DNA of 34,233 bases, taken from positions 1 through 34,233 of the forward strand of contig JACGMN010000007.1 of NCBI GenBank assembly GCA_014061035.1. The letters run 5' to 3'. This DNA is from Candidatus Methanophagales archaeon. GTDB taxonomy: Archaea > Halobacteriota > Syntropharchaeia > Alkanophagales > Methanospirareceae. The notes below the pieces were generated by a model that made no database searches, was not told where the DNA came from, and saw only the letters and a list, made by a program, of their open reading frames with translations. Below are positions 16,753 through 25,075 of the stretch, piece by piece. A program made the position numbers and the translations under genes. Numbering within the stretch: the stretch's first letter is position 1; each line of letters opens with the position of its first letter.

Positions 16753-16915
16753 ACCTAATTTAGGACGCAGATTTACGCCGATACACGCAGAAAACAAACT
16801 AACCATAACCAAGTTGATAGAAGATTCTAAAAATCTCATCCGTCAATTCCGTATATTTAAAATCCTGATTATCTGCGTTCATCTACGTCCGATTATAAAA
16901 TTTATTCTTTCTCGT

Positions 16916-17191
16916 TTATAATATTCCAAGCGAGGTCCCTATTTCATTCGCTTTACCTTCCTCCTCTAATTCTACTATTGCTTTTTTCTCACCTCTAAAT
17001 GTTATCATCGTCCTCACGCGTTTCACCGGTGTATCGAACATGCTCTCCACGTCTCGCTTTATCGCTACTTTATTCGCTCGCGAATCGACAATAAACTGGA
17101 GTTTGTTCTCAGACTCGATCATAAGGGCTGCTTTTTCACTTGCAATTATATGCTTCAGTTTTTCTGCCATTTCTTTTTCCTCATTCCTCAC
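16916..17191 (-). CDS. rpl23: 50S ribosomal protein L23 (uL23)
   Basis: NKLQFIVD..ANK..IK..VE..F...V..V.T matches the family. The operon position fits. Confidence 0.9.
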   Translation of the reverse strand: MRNEEKEMAEKLKHIIASEKAALMIESENKLQFIVDSRANKVAIKRDVESMFDTPVKRVRTMITFRGEKKAIVELEEEGKANEIGTSLGIL

Positions 17192-17198
17192 TCCTCAT

Positions 17199-17993
17199 TC
17201 ATTCCATTCCCATTGTAGCAAGTTCGGATATAGACGATTCTGTCCAGATGGTCAACCGCCCGGGATGCGTTCCCGGCGCAAGCAATTCTGCATTAAGGCA
17301 ATCAGTATATGTGACATCCACACCAGGCAAATTCTTCGCTGCCTTTCTTAGTTCTGATTCATTTTTACGAGAGATAACGATTAAAATGCTCTTTTTAGAC
17401 TTATACCTTCTACCTCGCATCTTACCCTTGCCCGCTCTTATTTTTCGTTCCTTTGCACGGAGCACATCGCTCCACAGACCTGTAACCTCTAAGAATTTCT
17501 TTACATCCGCGGTCTTTTCAAGGCGTGTAAACGAATCTTCTACTACTATCGGTAGCTCCAGTTTCCGCTCAATTTCCACTTCCTCGTTGAACTTATGCCC
17601 TCTATTTCTTACGCGTTCACTGTTTATAGTAGCTGCGATAGCGGATCGTATCGCTTTTCGGCGCTCCTTCTTGTTTATTTTCTTTGTTAATATCTTCTCA
17701 ATCTTAGGAGGATGCGCCCTTCTCCCGCCAACCGTTCCTGGTGCTCTCGCGGCTCTTCGTCCACCGGTTATACGTGCAACTCTGGCAGCTCCTCTACCAG
17801 TACCCCAGCTCTTTGCAGATGTTCTCCGCCCCGCTAAAAGATCAGTACCTTTTGGTTGTAGTCTGTTAGATTGCATTGCAAGTACAGCTCTTTTTATCAA
17901 GTCTGGTCTGTATTCTTCCATAAATACCGCCGGTAGCGTTATTTCCTTTATAAAATTCCCTGAAAGGTCTAATATTTTAGCTTTATCCTTCAT
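17199..17993 (-). CDS. rpl4: 50S ribosomal protein L4 (uL4)
   Basis: QPKG.....G.R.SA.SWG.GRG.ARV.R matches the family. The operon position fits. Confidence 0.93.
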   Translation of the reverse strand: MKDKAKILDLSGNFIKEITLPAVFMEEYRPDLIKRAVLAMQSNRLQPKGTDLLAGRRTSAKSWGTGRGAARVARITGGRRAARAPGTVGGRRAHPPKIEKILTKKINKKERRKAIRSAIAATINSERVRNRGHKFNEEVEIERKLELPIVVEDSFTRLEKTADVKKFLEVTGLWSDVLRAKERKIRAGKGKMRGRRYKSKKSILIVISRKNESELRKAAKNLPGVDVTYTDCLNAELLAPGTHPGRLTIWTESSISELATMGME

Positions 17994-17994
17994 C

Positions 17995-18984
17995 TCAACA
18001 CCCCTGTTGCGATCTCTTGCTTATATAGACAATTTCAGGTATAGCAGGCTTAGGGTGAGCTCTTATCGCATGAGAGATTCGTACAAGCCTCTTTTTCGGT
18101 CCCGGGACACTGCCTTTTATCAAAATATACTCATTTCTTACGATGCCGTAGTTCAGGAAGCCACCATCCGGCGTTATCTCTTCGCCATTATCCCCTATCT
18201 TCATTATTCTCTTGTTATACTCTGTCCGCTGTTGATACCCGGTCTGTCCAAGCTGAGGTACACGCCACCTGACTCTTCGAGGTGTCCAGCCGCCGATAGA
18301 ACCCACATGACGACCTTTTCCAGACCGCCTTGCTTTTGCATTCTGGATCGTAATTCCCCACCGCTTCACCGGTCCTTGTGTGCCTTTTCCTTTTGTCACA
18401 GCGGTAACATCTACAAAATCGCCCTCTTTAACTACCTCTTTCGCCCTTAATTCCTTCCCCAATACTTCTTTTGCATATTCAACATCTTTTGTGAGCTCAC
18501 CGCTCATCTTTATCTCCATCTGGTCGTGCTTCTTCTTCGGCAGACCGCTTACAACTTCGGGTAGCGTAGAAGTTATTAAGTGCAGACTCAACGCGAGTTT
18601 CTTACCGTCTCTCATGATTATTTCTTCTATTGCACCCAGACCAGAGTCTCTTCCATTTTCCGCTGCTCTCCCAGCCCATACTTCTGTTACTGCCTGCTTA
18701 CCGTAGTTTGTATCTTTATAGAGTCGAAAACCCTCTACACGCATAGGCGGAGTCTCGATTATTGTTGCCGGAACTGCTATTTCCATCCCTTTCGTCAGAC
18801 TATGTGGATGATCATCGGTCAGTATAAGGTGCGTCATCCCTGCCTTATATCCTGCAAATCCCTGTAGTTTCCTACCCGTAGCTATGGAGAGCTCTTCCCT
18901 TTTTATCCTGCAGGTCTCACTCCGTGCTCGCGTCCTCGGAGAAAAGGCAAGTGAACCCCTTCTCGGTCTGTGTCTTTTTGCCAT
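17995..18984 (-). CDS. rpl3: 50S ribosomal protein L3 (uL3)
   Basis: The N-terminus is RPRRGSLAFSPR. F.GYKAGMTH and TKGKG.QGPVKRWG are present. It is the first gene of the operon. Confidence 0.95.
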   Translation of the reverse strand: MAKRHRPRRGSLAFSPRTRARSETCRIKREELSIATGRKLQGFAGYKAGMTHLILTDDHPHSLTKGMEIAVPATIIETPPMRVEGFRLYKDTNYGKQAVTEVWAGRAAENGRDSGLGAIEEIIMRDGKKLALSLHLITSTLPEVVSGLPKKKHDQMEIKMSGELTKDVEYAKEVLGKELRAKEVVKEGDFVDVTAVTKGKGTQGPVKRWGITIQNAKARRSGKGRHVGSIGGWTPRRVRWRVPQLGQTGYQQRTEYNKRIMKIGDNGEEITPDGGFLNYGIVRNEYILIKGSVPGPKKRLVRISHAIRAHPKPAIPEIVYISKRSQQGC

Positions 18985-19015
18985 CTTGCTCTTTCTTCTG
19001 ATATATTATATTTAT

Positions 19016-19045
19016 CAATGCTTACCAATGCTTACCAATGCTTAC
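19016..19045. repeat. Tandem repeat, 10 bp x 3, in the leader of the L3 operon
   Basis: The units are CAATGCTTAC CAATGCTTAC CAATGCTTAC. Confidence 0.9.
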
Positions 19046-19054
19046 TCACTTTAA

Positions 19055-19075
19055 AAATAGGATTATATAAATAAT
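19055..19075 (-). promoter_or_regulatory. Candidate TATA box/BRE for the L3 ribosomal operon
   Basis: The minus strand reads TTATTTATATAATCC about 75-90 nt upstream of the L3 ATG. This is sequence inspection only. Confidence 0.35.
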
Positions 19076-19082
19076 CAACCTC

Positions 19083-20351
19083 TCAAAATGCACGCCTAAC
19101 ACACTCTTCTGTCTTGCATAGCTTCACTTTCGCAGAACCACAGAGAAGCGGTACATATCTCAACATTTTACCTGAATTTGTTATTACACACCGGTAATTT
19201 TCAAACGCTGGCGATACTACGAAACACGTATCACAGATCACCTTCACACCGTAATCTTCTATCTTTCTTACTGTCTCCTGCATACGCTCTTTTATCGCTC
19301 TCGCAGTGAAGATAAAGAGTTCATTTCTTACTTTTCTGCCACGGCTTTCTGCGCTCAAGAGTTCGTATATATGCTGGAGTTCCTGAGCAGAGCAGTGAGG
19401 GCATCCTATCGCTATTACCACACCGCCTTTTTCTGTTCCCGTATCACAATCACAATCACAGTCCCAGTCCCAATCCTCGTAAAACCGTTTTAAATCGGCT
19501 TCTTCTATCTCTGCTCTTTCTGAAGGAACCGGGAAGTCTACTTCTACTAATCCTGCTATATCTATATGGTACAGTCCGATAGAGCCAGTGGCACCTATCG
19601 CAGCAGATAAATGCTTCAACTCGTCCTTGCTCGGAGAAAGAGAGGAAGATAAAAATGAAGACGGAGAAAGCTCTATCAATGGTATTTTACTGCTTGCAAG
19701 CTCACCTATCAAGAATCCAAGAGCGCTATAGTCCGCGTCTGTAATGAGACGGTCCACATTCACAGAGACACGTATTCGTATCTCAGCCTCTCTCCTTTCC
19801 GTCTCGTGAAGCCCGTAAAGAGGTGTTTTGCCTATAAGTGCTGATGCAAGAGCAGACGGCGCACCTTCAATATTCGTTCTTGCACCCAGTACAGAATTGG
19901 CATACAGGACGGCAGAAGATTCCGACCATGCGATGTGCTCACCCATCTCCGGCGTATTTCCAATGAGATAAGGAACACAGGTGCACTCCGCGGTGATGCC
20001 TAATTTCGTATACGCGTTGATCACTTCCTTTTGCTTCGCGACAAACTTATTTGAGACGTTCATAACATTCCACCGCTCTCTGTCCATGCCGATAGGATTT
20101 AACGTGCTTTTGACTTTTACCGTTCTGTCAATCTCATTGTCAATACCAACGTCAATACCAAGACGGTTGATGAACTCAAAAGCGTCCCCGATAGTCTTAT
20201 AGGACGCACCGGAGATATGCGCTGATTTTATTGGTATTAATTTTGAGGCATTATTTATATCTCCTATTGCAACGAGTATCTCCATCGCCTTTTTCCTCGC
20301 CCAGCCCTCTTCTCCTTCATATATCCGCTCTTCTTCCCGCGTAAGGTGCAT
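19083..20351 (-). CDS. Aconitase X catalytic domain protein (DUF521); candidate phosphomevalonate dehydratase large subunit
   Basis: LTREEE.I..GE.G.....AME.LV..G and I..AHISG.SY are present, as is the conserved Cys context (CTCVPY, GCPHCS). The family call is from memory. No small subunit (DUF126) is adjacent. Confidence 0.7.
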   Translation of the reverse strand: MHLTREEERIYEGEEGWARKKAMEILVAIGDINNASKLIPIKSAHISGASYKTIGDAFEFINRLGIDVGIDNEIDRTVKVKSTLNPIGMDRERWNVMNVSNKFVAKQKEVINAYTKLGITAECTCVPYLIGNTPEMGEHIAWSESSAVLYANSVLGARTNIEGAPSALASALIGKTPLYGLHETERREAEIRIRVSVNVDRLITDADYSALGFLIGELASSKIPLIELSPSSFLSSSLSPSKDELKHLSAAIGATGSIGLYHIDIAGLVEVDFPVPSERAEIEEADLKRFYEDWDWDCDCDCDTGTEKGGVVIAIGCPHCSAQELQHIYELLSAESRGRKVRNELFIFTARAIKERMQETVRKIEDYGVKVICDTCFVVSPAFENYRCVITNSGKMLRYVPLLCGSAKVKLCKTEECVRRAF

Positions 20352-20381
20352 ACTTACTCATACTCCTGATATTTATCTTAA

Positions 20382-20436
20382 GTATTGTATCCTGTATTCT
20401 GTATCCTGCATCTTCATTGTACCTATACAAATACAA
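20382..20436 (-). repeat. Family-2 heptad element, solo arm
   Basis: The reverse complement TTTGTATTTGTATAGGTACAATGAAGATGCAGGATACAGAATACAGGATACAATAC matches 34041-34085 at roughly 90 percent by eye. Confidence 0.75.
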
Positions 20437-20471
20437 ACTATTAATCTATAACCGATAGAGCAGATACAGAG

Positions 20472-21605
20472 ATGAAGATAGCGATTTACCATCGCGATAT
20501 AAGTGGCGGAATAAAGACGCATGTCGAATCGCTTTCGCGTGAATTCGAGAAGCAGGGGCATGAAGTAAAGAGAATAGATCAGTTTTCACTCGGCTCTTAC
20601 ATGCTGGGTAATACTAAGGGTGGCATCTCGTATGGCTTAGACTTTGCGCTAAGCAAGATAAAAGAAAAGGTTGCTGATTGTGATATTCTTCATATACATC
20701 ACGCTGCTACGGTCTCTGAACTTTTCCTGCCATTCTCGTCTATTTGTTCTGATATCAGTATTGTTAATACGTTTCATACTCAAACAGGGGAAGGCTTGAA
20801 GGGTGAAGTGGCACGAACATATATATCACTGATTGTTACACTCTATACCGGACGGTCGAAGAAATTTATCTCGGTAAGTGCAGAGAATGCAGAATATCTC
20901 CGTCAGCATTGTTATGTCGATAACATTTACGACTACGAGACCGGCGCTGGCAACAGTAACAGCAAAAGTATCAAGACCGGAACTGAACTTGTGGTTATAC
21001 CTAATGGCGTTGATGTCAATCGCTTTTATCCAGCGGATAAGGATACGGATACGGATATGGATAAGAACGGAGAAGAGCGTGATGATAGGAAAAAGCCGGT
21101 TTGTATAGGTTATCTGGGACGGTTATCTCCTGAAAAGAATGTGATAGGGATGATAAAGGCGGTGAAGGCATTGAAGCAGGCTGAGATAAACTTAAAGATT
21201 GCAGGTACTGGGCCGCTGTTTGCTAAACTGAAGAAGCTGGAAGACGAAAGAATAAAGATTTTAGGCTATGTCGAAGACGCTGCTTCATTCTATCGAAGCG
21301 TGGACGTTTTCTTACTGCCTTCTAAGCTCGAAGCGCAGCCGATTACACTGCTCGAAGCGATGGCATCGGGGCTGCCGATCATTGCTACCGATGTCGGTGA
21401 TAACAAACATTTTATCTCAGGAAACGGAATACTCTGCGGAACATCGGTGAAGGAGATAGGAGCGGCGATAGAGACGATGCTATCTGAAAAGAACGGTTGG
21501 GTAAAGATGGGTATAGAGTCGCGGAAGATTGTTGAGCAGAACTATACGTGGGATAAGATAGCAAGAAGGACGCTCGAGGTCTATAGAACCGCACTGTCAT
21601 CATAG
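20472..21605 (+). CDS. Glycosyltransferase family 4 (GT-B, group 1)
   Basis: The N-terminus is MKIAIY...GG. The C-terminus carries the EX7E motif (PSKLEAQPITLLEAMASGLPIIAT). Confidence 0.85.
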   Translation: MKIAIYHRDISGGIKTHVESLSREFEKQGHEVKRIDQFSLGSYMLGNTKGGISYGLDFALSKIKEKVADCDILHIHHAATVSELFLPFSSICSDISIVNTFHTQTGEGLKGEVARTYISLIVTLYTGRSKKFISVSAENAEYLRQHCYVDNIYDYETGAGNSNSKSIKTGTELVVIPNGVDVNRFYPADKDTDTDMDKNGEERDDRKKPVCIGYLGRLSPEKNVIGMIKAVKALKQAEINLKIAGTGPLFAKLKKLEDERIKILGYVEDAASFYRSVDVFLLPSKLEAQPITLLEAMASGLPIIATDVGDNKHFISGNGILCGTSVKEIGAAIETMLSEKNGWVKMGIESRKIVEQNYTWDKIARRTLEVYRTALSS

Positions 21606-21629
21606 ACTTTCATCATAGATAAATTGTAA

Positions 21630-21797
21630 CTACTCAGGTTGCCAGGTTCAAGGTTCAAGGTTCAAGGTTCAAGGTTTAAGGTTCAAGGTTCACGGTTGTC
21701 AAGCTTGCGCTCTTCATTCTTCATATTTCTTGAGATAGTTTATGGTCATCGTTTTCTAATCGTGAACCATGAACCCCGGAACTTTGAACCTGAGTAG
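21630..21797 (+). repeat. Palindromic heptad element, family 1, full copy B
   Basis: The TIR is CTACTCAGGTT...AACCTGAGTAG. The left arm has ~7-8 heptads (GGTTCAA x4, GGTTTAA, GGTTCAA, GGTTCAC). The core is TTATGGTCATCGTTTTCTAA. The right arm is TCGTGAACCATGAACC. Confidence 0.88.
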
Positions 21798-21859
21798 TCA
21801 CCATAACATAACGTATAACTGTTCTTGAATATATTAAACAAGAGATAATTAACCAGAAG

Positions 21860-22141
21860 ATGGAATCAAAAGTAAGAGCATATGTAGTGGTCACAGGGCA
21901 GGTGCAAGGTGTTTACTTTCGCTATGCAACGAAAGAGGAAGCGAGTATGCGGGGAGTAAAAGGGTGGGTTCGAAACCGCAGAGATGGAGCAGTAGAAATG
22001 GTATTTGAAGGAGAGAAAGCGAAAGTGGAAGAACTAATAGATTTTTGTCATCGTGGACCACCGTCCGCGAAGGTCTCGTCAGTTAAGGTCATCTGGGAAG
22101 ACTATACTGGGCAGTTTAAGGATTTTTCTATTCGCTATTAA
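21860..22141 (+). CDS. acyP: Acylphosphatase
   Basis: 93 aa with V.G.VQGV.FR and GWV.N..DG.VE motifs. Confidence 0.9.
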   Translation: MESKVRAYVVVTGQVQGVYFRYATKEEASMRGVKGWVRNRRDGAVEMVFEGEKAKVEELIDFCHRGPPSAKVSSVKVIWEDYTGQFKDFSIRY

Positions 22142-22160
22142 CCAAATTAATTATATATTT

Positions 22161-22186
22161 CGTACAGACGTGACGTACAGACGTGA
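22161..22186. repeat. Tandem repeat, 13 bp x 2, ending 1 nt before the cPGI ATG
   Basis: The units are CGTACAGACGTGA CGTACAGACGTGA, then C ATG. Confidence 0.85.
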
Positions 22187-22187
22187 C

Positions 22188-22967
22188 ATGGCGTGGAATG
22201 AGTTGAAGATCGGAAAAAGCACGTTCTTCCCCGTAGTGCGGAAGTTGGCGGAGATGAAAGAGATCGTATTTGATAAAAGTTTCTTAGCAAGTGCCGAGAT
22301 GGATATGGAGTTGTATTACATCTTCAGGGACGTATCAAGGGACGAAAAGGATGCGAAGAAAATAAAGGAGATAGGACTGAGGTACGACATTACGATTATT
22401 CCGCCCGGTGCGCTCGGCATGGAATTCGTTAAGACCGCGGGACATTATCATCCTTATATCCGCGGCTCGGCACTGACATACCCGGAGATGTACGAAGTAT
22501 TGGAAGGAGAAGCACATTTTTTATTGCAAAAGCGAGAAGAAGAAGAACGGAGCGGTATCGAAGAGATAACCGATGTTGTAGTCGTAAAAGCGAGGAAGGG
22601 AGATGTTCTAATCATACCACCTAATTATGGGCATGTTACGATCAACCACACTGAAACGGTCTTAAAGATGGCTAACTGGGTTGCTCGAACGTTCTGCTCG
22701 ATATATGAGCCAATAGAGAGAAAAGGCGGTGCCGCTTATTTTGAACTGACAACTGGCGAGTTTGTAAAGAACGAACGTTATGAAGCTGTGCCACCTATAA
22801 GATTCTTACAGCCACGGGATACAGGGATAAGGGAATTAGAATTAGAATTAGAACTGAGCAAGGGCGTAGCGATCTATGAACTACTCAAAGTATCTGAAAA
22901 GCTAAAGTTCCTTACTAAAGCATCTCAAGCGCAATTTCTGCCGCCCGTTTACCTGAAAATAGCATAG
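22188..22967 (+). CDS. Cupin-type glucose-6-phosphate isomerase (archaeal cPGI family)
   Basis: TAGHYHP....YPE.YEVL.G.A and PP.YGH.TIN are cupin metal-ligand motifs. I chose the ATG at 22188 because the track start at 22053 would overlap acyP. Confidence 0.62.
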   Translation: MAWNELKIGKSTFFPVVRKLAEMKEIVFDKSFLASAEMDMELYYIFRDVSRDEKDAKKIKEIGLRYDITIIPPGALGMEFVKTAGHYHPYIRGSALTYPEMYEVLEGEAHFLLQKREEEERSGIEEITDVVVVKARKGDVLIIPPNYGHVTINHTETVLKMANWVARTFCSIYEPIERKGGAAYFELTTGEFVKNERYEAVPPIRFLQPRDTGIRELELELELSKGVAIYELLKVSEKLKFLTKASQAQFLPPVYLKIA

Positions 22968-23700
22968 CGCCGAAAGTAGGACCCATTCGCGGAAGCCCGT
23001 ATGCAGTAGCTACTGCCATACCGGTAACGATCAGCCCAGGATAAAATTCAGATGTATGTGCAACTACGGAATTCTCGGAACGGTCAGCCCACATTGCACC
23101 CTGTCCTTTCGTCTTAACCAGCTCTCGTTCCTCCAGCTTCTTAACGACTGTAGCATCGTGACCTGTGGCATCGATTACGAAGCGTGATTCGAGCGATACG
23201 GGATCAATAGCTGCTATTTGTGATGGAAGCGAAGAAACAGGTGTCCAGTTTATTACTACGCCACTCACTCGCTCGTTATATAGAACCACGTCGTCCATAT
23301 TCACCATATTTAATATCTTTACTCCGGCATCACAGCTCGCAGCAATTAATTTTGAGCAGGCATGTGGTCCATCCGCGATGTACAACCCTTTACAGTGCTT
23401 ATACTCCTTATACGGCACACCGAGCTCATCGAGGATACGCTCAGCCGGCGACCGTACCGTGAGCTTGTTCATCAGAAACCCGCCAAGCCAGAACCCGCCA
23501 CCCAAATAGTTGTTTCTCTCAATGATCAATACTTTTACGCCTTTAGATGCCAGTTCCTTACCTGCCATCAATCCCGCCGGTCCGCCGCCAGCTATAATGA
23601 CGTCGCTCTCTACATAGCTCTCAAATTCGGTCGCAAATTCCTCTACTATCGCTCTCGTAATCTGACTCTCTGATGCGTATGAAAAGTTTATTGGTTCCAT
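22915..23700 (-). CDS. thi4: Thiazole synthase Thi4 family (archaeal thiamine thiazole synthase)
   Basis: The sequence reads ITRAIV..F......Y.ESDV.I.G.GPAGL.A...LA..G.KV...ER....GGG.W.GG. It has an FAD-binding GxGxxG motif. Confidence 0.9.
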   Translation of the reverse strand: MEPINFSYASESQITRAIVEEFATEFESYVESDVIIAGGGPAGLMAGKELASKGVKVLIIERNNYLGGGFWLGGFLMNKLTVRSPAERILDELGVPYKEYKHCKGLYIADGPHACSKLIAASCDAGVKILNMVNMDDVVLYNERVSGVVINWTPVSSLPSQIAAIDPVSLESRFVIDATGHDATVVKKLEERELVKTKGQGAMWADRSENSVVAHTSEFYPGLIVTGMAVATAYGLPRMGPTFGAMLFSGKRAAEIALEML

Positions 23701-23729
23701 AAGACAACCTTAATTAAACTCCTGATTAT

Positions 23730-24260
23730 TTAACGTATCAGACCTTTCCCCTTTTGACCCGCAGAGGTCTTCCCTCTGAAGACCCTTCCTTTATGTGAAG
23801 CGTGGCAAATCCAGTTCAACGTCTTATCAGACTTTATCTCTGGATTGGCGGGCTCAACGAGGATTATTTCATACCATTTCCTCTTTCCATCTTCTGCTAC
23901 CCAGTAAGAGTTAAGAACCTCCATGTTAGGATACTTTCGCGCCGTTCGCTCCTCTGCGATCCGCTGTAAGCTCTTTCCCGGTGTTATCTTATGCACACCC
24001 ATCCTCTTAGATCTTCTACCGTGCTTCGGCCTTGATTTCCTCCGCCCACCTCTTCTTACCTTTGCTCGTACTACGATGATGCCATGTTTCGCTTTATATC
24101 CCAAAGAACGAGCTCTATCCAATCTCGTCGGTCTTTTCACCCGTATAACTGCCGGCTCCTTTCTCCATTCTACCAATCGTATCCGCCTGAACTCTCTTAC
24201 GTACGATGCTTTTGGCTTCTTCCATGCCTCACCAATATATCTATAAACTGACTTAGTCAT
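23730..24260 (-). CDS. rpl15e: 50S ribosomal protein L15e (eL15)
   Basis: [14 protein letters not shown]...RP.R.D.AR.LGYKAK.G is typical of L15e. I chose the start at MTKSVY (24260) rather than the upstream in-frame Met. Confidence 0.92.
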   Translation of the reverse strand: MTKSVYRYIGEAWKKPKASYVREFRRIRLVEWRKEPAVIRVKRPTRLDRARSLGYKAKHGIIVVRAKVRRGGRRKSRPKHGRRSKRMGVHKITPGKSLQRIAEERTARKYPNMEVLNSYWVAEDGKRKWYEIILVEPANPEIKSDKTLNWICHASHKGRVFRGKTSAGQKGKGLIR

Positions 24261-24444
24261 TTGTTCTGTTTCACGTCTCAAAATTTTTAGGACTTTTAGA
24301 ATAGAATAAATAATATACTAAGGGAAATAAAGATAATATAGCTATACCATGCTGTATTAAAAATAGGGTATAGATAAGAGATAGATGGCAAGTAGCCCTG
24401 TACCGGTAAGAACAAAAAGGAAAAGGAGTGAGTGAGTGATTGAG

Positions 24445-24768
24445 ATGGTAAGCACAAGTAAGCATAGACCTAAGCCGCTGGACGTATTAAATAGGGCATT
24501 GAAATCCCAGGTTATCGTAAGGATCCGGGGTGGTAGAGAATTTAGAGGTATACTGGAAGGATATGATCTGCACATGAACCTGGTGTTAAGCGGTGCAGAT
24601 GAGTTGAATAGTGACGCGCCGGTCAGGGATTTTTCAGGAGAAATTCTGATCCGGGGAGACAACGTGGTATACATCTCGCCAACAGTGTCGAGAGAGGTAG
24701 AAAAAGGCGAAGATGTGAGTAAGAGCAAAAGCAAAAGCAAGGAGGGTGGAGAGAGGGAGAGATGGTAA
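24445..24768 (+). CDS. Sm-like archaeal protein (SmAP/LSm)
   Basis: The Sm1 and Sm2 motifs are PLDVLN......V.V...GGREFRG.L.GYD.HMNLVL and [11 protein letters not shown]. It has a C-terminal SKSKSK tail. The stop overlaps the L37e start (ATGGTAA). Confidence 0.85.
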   Translation: MVSTSKHRPKPLDVLNRALKSQVIVRIRGGREFRGILEGYDLHMNLVLSGADELNSDAPVRDFSGEILIRGDNVVYISPTVSREVEKGEDVSKSKSKSKEGGERERW

Positions 24769-24929
24769 AGGGAACAGCTTCACTCGGCAAAAGGCAAAAG
24801 AGGTCGCACATGACCTGCAGACGATGTGGCAAAGTCGCTTTCAGTATACATGCAAAGTATTGTGTTGCATGCAGTTTCGGAAGATCGAGCAGGATGAGGG
24901 AGTATAAGTGGAATGATAAAAAGCCGTAA
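24762..24929 (+). CDS. rpl37e: 50S ribosomal protein L37e (eL37)
   Basis: Hand translation gives [55 protein letters not shown], 55 aa with a C4 zinc ribbon. It is below the ORF-track size cutoff. Linkage of Sm and L37e is conserved in archaea. Confidence 0.85.
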   Translation: MVKGTASLGKRQKRSHMTCRRCGKVAFSIHAKYCVACSFGRSSRMREYKWNDKKP

Positions 24930-24948
24930 AGTAAAAAAAATATGGGAT

Positions 24949-25034
24949 GCCGAGGTAGCTTAGCGGACTAAAGCGCCGGCCTTGAGAGCCGGTGTCTCTT
25001 ACGAGACTCAGGGGTTCAAATCCCTTCCTCGGCG
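24949..25034 (+). tRNA. tRNA-Ser (anticodon UGA)
   Basis: Hand-folded, 86 nt. The acceptor stem is GCCGAGG/CCTCGGC. The anticodon stem is CCGGC/GCCGG with loop CTTGAGA. It has a long variable arm (GTCTC-TTAC-GAGAC), T-loop TTCAAAT and discriminator G. Confidence 0.9.
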
Positions 25035-25075
25035 TTTCTTCGCAAAAACCACGCTTCTTTTCTTAAGAAAAAAAA

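Noticed and set aside
17140-18450. 436 aa ORF on the plus strand
   Set aside because: It is entirely antisense to the strongly conserved L4 and L3 genes. Its composition is low-complexity (S/L/F/R/P-rich) with no recognisable motifs. It is a typical shadow ORF.
21636-21700. Heptad arrays as a possible CRISPR array
   Set aside because: The units are 7 bp with no spacers, which is far below CRISPR repeat and spacer sizes. No cas genes are in the window.
22053-22187. Upstream extension of the cPGI ORF given in the track (start at 22053)
   Set aside because: It would overlap the last 89 nt of acyP in another frame and adds an Arg-rich non-homologous N-terminus. The ATG at 22188 gives a sensible start.
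24762-24768. The Sm/L37e ATGGTAA overlap as a possible recoding site
   Set aside because: A simple stop/start overlap typical of translational coupling explains it. Sm-L37e linkage is conserved in archaea.
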